Shown here one piece after another: positions 8,101 to 14,420 of a DNA stretch of 64,000 nt (the first letter of the stretch is position 1; every line of letters begins with the position of its first letter). This DNA is from an uncultured virus (IMG/VR IMGVR_UViG_3300027749_000064) (Duplodnaviria; Heunggongvirae; Uroviricota; Caudoviricetes), in the IMG/VR virus record IMGVR_UViG_3300027749_000064; one strand, written 5' to 3'. A program made the translations under genes and the position numbers. The notes below the pieces were generated by a model. The model was not told the DNA's origin and made no database searches. It saw nothing but the letters and a program-made list of their open reading frames with translations.

Positions 8101-8337
8101 CGATCAAACAACACGCCGCAAAACTCAGGGTGATTAAAATCACACTCGTAACACGGCGTGTCGGCTTGACAGCCGCGGCAAAAAATTTGCAGCTTTTGCA
8201 AACTACAAATTTATTTTTTTATTTATTCAAATTTATTTTTATATTTATTTTTTCTTGAATAAATTTTTTTATTTTTAATTGGTGTTGCCGCATTACTGCG
8301 ACGCAATTCTTGAATGCGTTTTACTTTTTCCATAATT

Positions 8338-8541
8338 TTATTTACCCCCAATTTTACCACCACGATACAAAATTTTTGTATGTAATTTCCCGCTTGGCTC
8401 TAATAAATTAACAGTTGCGTATTCATTAGCAAATCCCCAATCAACAAAACTGCGATAAGAATTTACTGCGTCTAACGCATTATCTAACACCATTGACCAA
8501 TGCGGTGCTTTGCCATCATAGGCACAAGTTATTTTGTACAT
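8338..8541 (-). CDS. Hypothetical phage protein
   Basis: ORF track. Confidence 0.7.
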   Translation of the reverse strand: MYKITCAYDGKAPHWSMVLDNALDAVNSYRSFVDWGFANEYATVNLLEPSGKLHTKILYRGGKIGGK

Positions 8542-8633
8542 TAGTTATTTCTCCAAACATTTATTGCATAGGGCATAATTATTTGAGAAATAAACACGAT
8601 AACATCTAACGCATTTGCTTAGTTTAGTTTTCA

Positions 8634-8822
8634 TTAGTTATTCTCCCAATTCTTGAATAGTTGGTGAAAATCTGCAATTTTTTCCGCAGAAATTTGAGTT
8701 GGATTACACTCACAATAATCAAAATCAAAATCTCCGTCTGGTGATGACCAACCTGTGAAACCTTGACCATAGCACTCAGGGCAAGTTAAAATTTCGGTGA
8801 TTACTTCTTTTACTTTAGACAT
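8634..8822 (-). CDS. Small protein with CPECYGQG...CEC motif
   Basis: Start trimmed to MSKVKE after AAAGGA. Confidence 0.7.
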   Translation of the reverse strand: MSKVKEVITEILTCPECYGQGFTGWSSPDGDFDFDYCECNPTQISAEKIADFHQLFKNWENN

Positions 8823-8864
8823 TAGTTGTCCTTTCTTGTTTGACATTTACACTTTGTTAATTGT

Positions 8865-8886
8865 ATTCTATCACCCACCACCGACA
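8865..8886 (-). promoter_or_regulatory. PafBC-type promoter 8
   Basis: TGTCGG-TGGTGGGTGA-TAGAAT. Confidence 0.8.
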
Positions 8887-8925
8887 AGGTGGCGAGTGTT
8901 GAACAGTTATCGCATAAGTAAATCA

Positions 8926-9147
8926 TTACTCATCTACTTTGATATAAACAGTTGCGAAAAAATCAGGCTTAGGGTAACCTTCGCCTGTGTAAGTTGGGCG
9001 AACTTTACAAGCGAACGCATAAACGCCTTCGCTTAAACCGCAAATATCTTTTCGCAATTTTGCGTATTGGATAATTCCGTCTTGACCTGTTCGGGCATAA
9101 GAACGGCTACGATAGTATTTTCCCTCTAGGGCTTCTGAGATTAGCAT
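8926..9147 (-). CDS. Hypothetical phage protein
   Basis: ORF track; SD. Confidence 0.7.
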   Translation of the reverse strand: MLISEALEGKYYRSRSYARTGQDGIIQYAKLRKDICGLSEGVYAFACKVRPTYTGEGYPKPDFFATVYIKVDE

Positions 9148-9254
9148 TATTTGCTACCTTCTTTCTTTGTTGAGTTAATTATAACATTTACCACCGACAC
9201 GGCAGACTGACGGCGGGTTTCAAGTACGTGTGCCTTGAATTCATCTAGGTTCAT
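9147..9254 (-). CDS. Micro-protein MNLDEFKAHV...
   Basis: Trimmed start after GAAGG SD and promoter 10. Confidence 0.5.
   Translation of the reverse strand: MNLDEFKAHVLETRRQSAVSVVNVIINSTKKEGSK
9178..9199 (-). promoter_or_regulatory. PafBC-type promoter 9
   Basis: TGTCGG-TGGTAAATGT-TATAAT. Confidence 0.8.
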
Positions 9255-9285
9255 TATTTGACCTTCTTTCTTTCTTGTTATGGCA

Positions 9286-9307
9286 AGTATACCAAAACCC
9301 ACTGACA
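9286..9307 (-). promoter_or_regulatory. PafBC-type promoter 10
   Basis: TGTCAG-TGGGTTTTGG-TATACT. Confidence 0.8.
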
Positions 9308-9426
9308 TTATTCTACTTACTAGCCAGTAATTCCATATTTTGAGACGCTCAAGCGGTGTGATAAATATCACACGACACGCCCGAAAGATGAATTTTAGAT
9401 GAATTTTAATCCACACGTAATCCACA

Positions 9427-9452
9427 GACACGCCCGACCTCGGGGGCGCGGC
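9427..9452. repeat. GC-rich dispersed repeat, copy 3
   Basis: Exact 26-mer; CRP-type box at 9357-9372. Confidence 0.95.
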
Positions 9453-9517
9453 AAAAAATTTGCAGCTTTTTAATTCTGCAAATCTTTTTTATTTTTATTT
9501 ATTTTTATTTATTTTTT

Positions 9518-9631
9518 TTATTTAAAATTTTTAAAAATTTCTTCAACAATTTTTAACTGTTCATCGTTAAGATGTTCAATTTGAATTGCATCTGCAAATC
9601 CAAAAATATCTTTTTGATTTTCATTAGTCAT
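9518..9631 (-). CDS. Micro-protein MTNENQKDIFGFAD..., not in ORF track
   Basis: Manual translation, 37 aa, overlaps upstream stop. Confidence 0.45.
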   Translation of the reverse strand: MTNENQKDIFGFADAIQIEHLNDEQLKIVEEIFKNFK

Positions 9632-9818
9632 TGAAACATGCTTCCCAAAAACGATCCGCATCAAAATTTGGATTATCGTTTTCAAAAATTGTTATGAAAC
9701 GATTTACCAAACCATTTTCAAATTCATTTGTAAAAGATGGGCGGGTTTCCAAATTATTTTCTTTTAAATAATCATTAAGGATTTTAGCCGTAGCGATATA
9801 AGTTTTTCTAGTCATCAT
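9624..9818 (-). CDS. Small protein, paralog of 10847-11026
   Basis: MMTRK.Y.ATA.ILN...DN..FD.DRFWE.CF shared. Confidence 0.8.
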   Translation of the reverse strand: MMTRKTYIATAKILNDYLKENNLETRPSFTNEFENGLVNRFITIFENDNPNFDADRFWEACFND

Positions 9819-9911
9819 TTATTTATTCTCTTCAATCTCATCTAGTAGTTCCCAAAGAATTGGCTCTAACGCTTTTGCGCTTTCATCTAATTTTTCTTGT
9901 AGTGTTTTCAT
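9819..9911 (-). CDS. Micro-protein MKTLQEKLDESAKALEPILWELLDEIEENK, not in ORF track
   Basis: Fills the gap between neighbours exactly. Confidence 0.6.
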   Translation of the reverse strand: MKTLQEKLDESAKALEPILWELLDEIEENK

Positions 9912-10118
9912 TTATTTATAGTATTCCATTTCTGTTAGTAAGTGAGCATAACCATCTTTATTAGACTTTAGCGATAATTCGCAAGGCTCGCATTTCCATT
10001 CATATTTTAATGTTCTACCTGTTCCCAATGTTGCAACAGCCCAATGGGTCATTTTACGAGAACACACAGGGCAGTAGCAAGAAATTTCTTGCCCTAGCCC
10101 ACCAATTTTAATAGTCAT
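9912..10118 (-). CDS. Small Zn-ribbon protein
   Basis: CPVC...CEPC. Confidence 0.7.
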   Translation of the reverse strand: MTIKIGGLGQEISCYCPVCSRKMTHWAVATLGTGRTLKYEWKCEPCELSLKSNKDGYAHLLTEMEYYK

Positions 10119-10312
10119 TATTTAACCACGCTTTCTTTAAATTCTTTTTGATTACAAGTTAAGGCAAGGATTTCACCCTTAGCATTTACGATACGAGCAT
10201 TTACTATATCGTGTTCATCACTAACATTAGTGATTTCATTTATTAGGTAATTCTCATTTTTCCAAATAAAGAGACACCCTACGAATAATTTATTTATAAG
10301 TGTTAAAGTCAT
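10118..10312 (-). CDS. Hypothetical phage protein
   Basis: ORF track; start trimmed to MTLTLI. Confidence 0.6.
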   Translation of the reverse strand: MTLTLINKLFVGCLFIWKNENYLINEITNVSDEHDIVNARIVNAKGEILALTCNQKEFKESVVK

Positions 10313-10506
10313 TAGATACACACCACGCATTCACACTTAGGGGCATTAACAGATAATAAAATTTTTAACAACGCTTTACGCTGTCCAAAATTTAAGCCAT
10401 AAGTGGATTTACACCCACCATTATTAAAATCGTGTATGATACGATTTTCTAATTCCGCACTAATATTTAGTGCCTTACCTATATTTATTTTATTTAGTGT
10501 AGTCAT
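10312..10506 (-). CDS. Hypothetical phage protein
   Basis: ORF track; AAAGGTGG SD. Confidence 0.7.
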   Translation of the reverse strand: MTTLNKINIGKALNISAELENRIIHDFNNGGCKSTYGLNFGQRKALLKILLSVNAPKCECVVCI

Positions 10507-10541
10507 CTTAGACCACCTTTCTTTATTGTTTAACTATCGTT

Positions 10542-10570
10542 AGTTTAGCAGACTTTCTGCCGAAAATCAA
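10542..10570 (-). promoter_or_regulatory. sigmaA-type promoter with adjacent GACACGCC
   Basis: TTGATT-N17-TAAACT; a second promoter TAGACA-N17-TACAAT at 10627-10655. Confidence 0.7.
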
Positions 10571-10738
10571 GGCGACACGCCGTAGATTTCTAACTTTTTT
10601 TTCTATATTTAATTTTCTATAATGGAATTGTAACATAAAAAATCGCTACTGTCTAGTATACTCGTGAGTAGTCTCAATATATGGAGCGTGGGCTTTGTGA
10701 TAAAAATCACAAAGATTTTTTTAATCGTACGTAAATGC

Positions 10739-10764
10739 GACACGCCCGACCTCGGGGGCGCGGC
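10739..10764. repeat. GC-rich dispersed repeat, copy 4
   Basis: Exact 26-mer; 34-bp identity with 6597-6630; CRP-type box at 10696-10711. Confidence 0.95.
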
Positions 10765-10770
10765 GAAAAA

Positions 10771-10784
10771 CGAACAGATGTTCG
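10771..10784. promoter_or_regulatory. Gram-positive-type LexA (SOS) box
   Basis: CGAAC-AGAT-GTTCG. Confidence 0.75.
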
Positions 10785-10846
10785 CATTAAAAAAATAGCT
10801 GTAAAAAAAATTAAGCAGTTTTAAAACTTACTTAGGTTTTTATTTT

Positions 10847-11026
10847 TTAAACGTTTAAATTTTTAAAACACTCTTCCCAAAATCTATCGCTATCAAATCT
10901 TTCGTTATCAGCGAAAAACATTTCGGAAAAATCATTTACTAAATCTTCAAACACTTCTAATTTCATTTCGCCACCATAAGAATTTAAAATCTCTGCGGTT
11001 GCTACGTAGTCTTTTCTTGTCATCAT
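10847..11026 (-). CDS. Small protein, paralog of 9624-9818, not in ORF track
   Basis: MMTRKDYVATAEILNSY...FADNERFDSDRFWEECF; AAGGA SD. Confidence 0.8.
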   Translation of the reverse strand: MMTRKDYVATAEILNSYGGEMKLEVFEDLVNDFSEMFFADNERFDSDRFWEECFKNLNV

Positions 11027-11057
11027 TTTTGTTCTTTTCCTTTTCTTTAGTTAATAG

Positions 11058-11136
11058 ATTAAGTGGGGCATAGGTTGATTACGGAGACTTACTCGCACTC
11101 TTGCCTTAAGACTCAGCGAAGCCCGACCCACTTAAT
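11058..11136 (-). ncRNA. Candidate structured intergenic RNA
   Basis: Closing stem AUUAAGUGGG/CCCACUUAAU around nested helices. Confidence 0.4.
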
Positions 11137-11152
11137 TATATTTATTATAGCA

Positions 11153-11323
11153 TTACTTAGATGTTTTAACCATTGCTAAACGCTTTGAGCCATTTGCTAA
11201 AGTTAAACCAACACGAGTTACTTTGTTAGAAATTGGAGCGAAAGAATTTATTCGTCCAGTAATTCCAGTTGTTGATGTTGTGAATAAATCACCGATTTGG
11301 TAAGTGTATCCTTGTATTGTCAT
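11153..11323 (-). CDS. Small beta-rich protein, paralog of 11404-11568, not in ORF track
   Basis: MTIQGYTYQIGDLFTT...TGRI...PIS..TRV; SD. Confidence 0.8.
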   Translation of the reverse strand: MTIQGYTYQIGDLFTTSTTGITGRINSFAPISNKVTRVGLTLANGSKRLAMVKTSK

Positions 11324-11403
11324 TTATTTTATATCCTTTTCTTTTGTTGGGTTGTTGAGCAGTTTTATATCTTGCTCAGGATATTTAGGGTATTTCCCTA
11401 AAC

Positions 11404-11568
11404 TTATGCGAGTGAAACTGTTGTGTAACGCTCTGTTCCATCAACATCAAGCAGAACACGAGTTAGTGTTTTGCTAATTGGTTCAATAGCCTTGATAACG
11501 CCTGTTACCTTGCTTTTTTGTGTAGTGAATAAATCACCGATTTGGTAAGTCTTGTTATTTATAGTCAT
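11404..11568 (-). CDS. Small beta-rich protein, paralog of 11153-11323, not in ORF track
   Basis: MTINNKTYQIGDLFTT...TGVI...PIS..TRV; SD and promoter. Confidence 0.8.
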   Translation of the reverse strand: MTINNKTYQIGDLFTTQKSKVTGVIKAIEPISKTLTRVLLDVDGTERYTTVSLA

Positions 11569-11600
11569 TTTTTTCCTTTTCTTTTGTTGTTGTTAGTGAT

Positions 11601-11622
11601 AGTCTACCATAGACTACCGACA
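11601..11622 (-). promoter_or_regulatory. PafBC-type promoter 11
   Basis: TGTCGG-TAGTCTATGG-TAGACT. Confidence 0.8.
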
Positions 11623-11630
11623 TTTGCTTT

Positions 11631-11816
11631 CTATCTTTGATTTAATAAAGATTTACAACCTGCGAAGGGGCATCTTATATGTTGCGCCCTATGGATTTTA
11701 TAAGTATATTTTCCGACATTAGAAAGGCGGGGGCTATGGTGAGTGCTACCATAAGCGGGGGCGGGAATTAGTAGTGCTATTAGAATTACTATAACTATTC
11801 TTTTAATCATTTCCAC
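11631..11816 (-). CDS. Small protein with signal-peptide-like N-terminus
   Basis: KRIVIVILIALLIPAPAYG. Confidence 0.6.
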   Translation of the reverse strand: MEMIKRIVIVILIALLIPAPAYGSTHHSPRLSNVGKYTYKIHRAQHIRCPFAGCKSLLNQR

Positions 11817-11910
11817 CCCTTAACTTCTTTAGCCATATAGTAAAACATCATACCAAAGAAAGGCAAAGATATCAACATTATAGCCCGTAGGGCATAGGTG
11901 AGATATATCA

Positions 11911-12075
11911 CTAGAGTACCTCATCTATATCAAAATTATCTACGGCTAGAAAGACATCTGCCATTTCATCAGCGTCAGATTTAGCCTCTGCTAATTCATC
12001 TAACATAGTATCAAAGGTATCGGCAAGTGTTTCCCACTTGTCTGTCTTTCTATCAAACGAATATGAGTAAGTCAT
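11911..12075 (-). CDS. Small acidic protein
   Basis: Start trimmed to MTYSYS. Confidence 0.6.
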   Translation of the reverse strand: MTYSYSFDRKTDKWETLADTFDTMLDELAEAKSDADEMADVFLAVDNFDIDEVL

Positions 12076-12218
12076 TATTTGACCCCCGCACAATTCATAT
12101 TGCCACTTCCGAGAGTAGCATAAGCAGAAAGTGGTCTACCATTTTGATAGATGATTTTTTCACTACAACGAGAGCAGGTTGTAACCTGTTCGGTAGGTTG
12201 AGTAGGATTGTGTAACAT
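12075..12218 (-). CDS. Small CxxC protein, first gene of the leftward arm
   Basis: Start trimmed to MLHNPT after GAGGT SD. Confidence 0.6.
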   Translation of the reverse strand: MLHNPTQPTEQVTTCSRCSEKIIYQNGRPLSAYATLGSGNMNCAGVK

Positions 12219-12279
12219 ATTAGTTACCTCTATTCTTTTAATTAGATTGAGAACCTTTCTCAATTTCTTTAATACTGTA

Positions 12280-12308
12280 ATTATAGCACACAAAATCGGA
12301 AAAGTCAA
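12280..12308 (-). promoter_or_regulatory. Consensus sigmaA promoter
   Basis: TTGACT-N17-TATAAT with TGn; GACACGCC at 12311. Confidence 0.8.
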
Positions 12309-12482
12309 GCGACACGCCGTTAATTACACGCTTGTAATTAGTGATATACACCACAAAACGCCCTATTTCTAGACATACTGGCGAGTAATGTCTAATATTC
12401 GGGCGCACTATTATTTTTTTATTTTTTTATTTAAAAAGTGTATCATGCATTTTAAAAATCCATTCACATTTTGACCAAATGT

Positions 12483-12498
12483 GGTTTCACGTGAAACA
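12483..12498. promoter_or_regulatory. parS-like site
   Basis: GGTTTCACGTGAAACA, 15/16 match to TGTTTCACGTGAAACA, intergenic. Confidence 0.8.
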
Positions 12499-12557
12499 AT
12501 TTTGAGGGGAGTGGCATAATGTTTTCTATTAACTATCTTAGAAAAATATCGTGGCAT

Positions 12558-13346
12558 TTAAATCTTCAAATCCAAATCTGTAATGTAATAGGTTTCATAG
12601 AAGTTTTGAGAAATTCTACGATTTAATATATAGTAGAAAATCTGGCGGGATATAGAAAGCTCATCAAAATCAAAACTATCCAGATACTCTATAGCTATTT
12701 TAGCATCATTACTATCTATAGCATGTTTTCCATTAAGAGGACTGGCACTTATTTTATCAAAACACTTATTTACTATGCTAAGATCACGCAATATTTTGTC
12801 GGGAGACCAAGAATCTTCCCCCCGATCCCTTAAAGCTGGATAAATATGACATGGAGAAATAGCAAAAGTACCTCTTGTCCAATGTACATTAGGATATTTT
12901 GTTCTAATTACAGATTCTTCTTCTTCAAAATATTCTATAAGGCGTAAAACCCTAGAATTTTCATTTTTTATAGCATTTTTCCATCTTGTATCAGCAATAT
13001 GTTGTTTTCCATTACGATTTCGTGATTGTGAAAAGACAGGAAGGCGAGAAATTAAATCATTTGCTTTAATTTCTTTAGAATTATAAGACTTTCTCTCTAT
13101 TTGATAATTAACTTCTTCTATAGAGGTTCTTTTTGGCCTAATTTTGCTTAATTCAGACAGTTCTGCATCTGTGCATGATAATAAATACTCATTTTGAGTA
13201 TAATGAGCTTCTAAACCATATTGTAAGTGTTTAAAACCAGATGCGGGGATTATAAAAAAATATTTATCAGTATAAATATGATAAGAATCTTCACTAGATA
13301 CATGTAAATATTTAATATTGTGACATAAATCACTAATTGGTTTCAT
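12558..13346 (-). CDS. Hypothetical protein
   Basis: ORF track; start trimmed to MKPISD. Confidence 0.65.
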   Translation of the reverse strand: MKPISDLCHNIKYLHVSSEDSYHIYTDKYFFIIPASGFKHLQYGLEAHYTQNEYLLSCTDAELSELSKIRPKRTSIEEVNYQIERKSYNSKEIKANDLISRLPVFSQSRNRNGKQHIADTRWKNAIKNENSRVLRLIEYFEEEESVIRTKYPNVHWTRGTFAISPCHIYPALRDRGEDSWSPDKILRDLSIVNKCFDKISASPLNGKHAIDSNDAKIAIEYLDSFDFDELSISRQIFYYILNRRISQNFYETYYITDLDLKI

Positions 13347-13905
13347 TTTTCCTAATCCATAGTTGATATCCTGAATGAATAATTTCAATTTTATCTTTAT
13401 AGCATGCAAGAAAAGCATCTATAGCAATTTTTGGTTTTTGATACTCTGGGTATGGTGGAGGCCATCCATAATCATCAAATGCAATAATTCCTCCATGCTT
13501 TAAATTTTCAAAAGAATTTATTGCATCTTTTAAAACTTGTGGAGCTAAATGGCTTCCATCTACATATATAAAATCATACATTGGGCGTGGGTATTTAAAA
13601 AACTCATCGCTAGTCATTTTATACTTGTTGATTGTATTATTAGCAATATAAAGATCTAATTTTTCATTATAGATTTGCTCTACTTCATTAAAATTAAATC
13701 CCTCATGCTCCATAGATCCACTCCATGTATCTACATCATCAAGGCGGGAATCTGGATGAGTCAATACATTCTCACATAACCATAAAGAACAATCTCCAGT
13801 ATATGCACCTACCTGTAAAACATGTATAGGAGTTCCAGATAATGGAACTAATTTTTCTTTAAATGTAGACATCATTCCAGCAAACCAATTAGGATATTGA
13901 TTCAT
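13333..13905 (-). CDS. Class I SAM-dependent methyltransferase (Methyltransf_24-like)
   Basis: LQVGAYTGDCS, VDTWSGS, YDFIYVDGSH, LKHGGIIAFDDY. Confidence 0.9.
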   Translation of the reverse strand: MNQYPNWFAGMMSTFKEKLVPLSGTPIHVLQVGAYTGDCSLWLCENVLTHPDSRLDDVDTWSGSMEHEGFNFNEVEQIYNEKLDLYIANNTINKYKMTSDEFFKYPRPMYDFIYVDGSHLAPQVLKDAINSFENLKHGGIIAFDDYGWPPPYPEYQKPKIAIDAFLACYKDKIEIIHSGYQLWIRKNETN

Positions 13906-14174
13906 TATTCTTTATCCATTTCAAATAGAGAGTCCTGCAGATCTTGATCTGCTGTTTCATCTTCAAATATAAAAGACGGGGCGGGAGCAAGAATCTGTCC
14001 AGATTCGTGTAAAGAGAACAATCCCTTAGCATCAGCACCTAATTTATCTGCAATAATAGATAACATATCATAATTTCTCTGTTCTTGTATAAATATAGCT
14101 CCTAGCAATTCACGGGTATTGGACAAAATATCCAATATCTCCCTAGTTTCCAACTCTTCTCCTAGATTTCCCAT
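13905..14174 (-). CDS. Hypothetical protein
   Basis: ORF track. Confidence 0.65.
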   Translation of the reverse strand: MGNLGEELETREILDILSNTRELLGAIFIQEQRNYDMLSIIADKLGADAKGLFSLHESGQILAPAPSFIFEDETADQDLQDSLFEMDKE

Positions 14175-14404
14175 ATATGTTCTCCTTTACTATTTAATAT
14201 CTCTTTGGTTATATGATCCCATTTATTGGCTTCCATTCCCGCCGAATTATTTATAACTAAATCCCCATCTTCATTATTTATAGTATACAGCCATTTAAAA
14301 GGGTGATCTAATTCTACCCTACCGATCAATATTTTGTCTACATGTATCTCAATAGCAAGATTTTGATCATCATTCTCATCATATGACTCTATATAGGCTT
14401 TCAT
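14162..14404 (-). CDS. Hypothetical protein
   Basis: ORF track. Confidence 0.65.
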   Translation of the reverse strand: MKAYIESYDENDDQNLAIEIHVDKILIGRVELDHPFKWLYTINNEDGDLVINNSAGMEANKWDHITKEILNSKGEHIWEI

Positions 14405-14420
14405 TTCTACTTTTTCGGCC

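Noticed and set aside
8969..8987. IdeR/DtxR-like TTAGGGTAACCT
   Set aside because: Inside a CDS and the right half does not match
5240..10764. GC-rich repeats as a CRISPR array
   Set aside because: Copies are 1.3-2.8 kb apart with genes between them; no cas genes seen
11697..11718. Twelfth PafBC-type promoter (TGTCGG-N10-TATAAA)
   Set aside because: Lacks the final T and the TGn present in all others; intragenic
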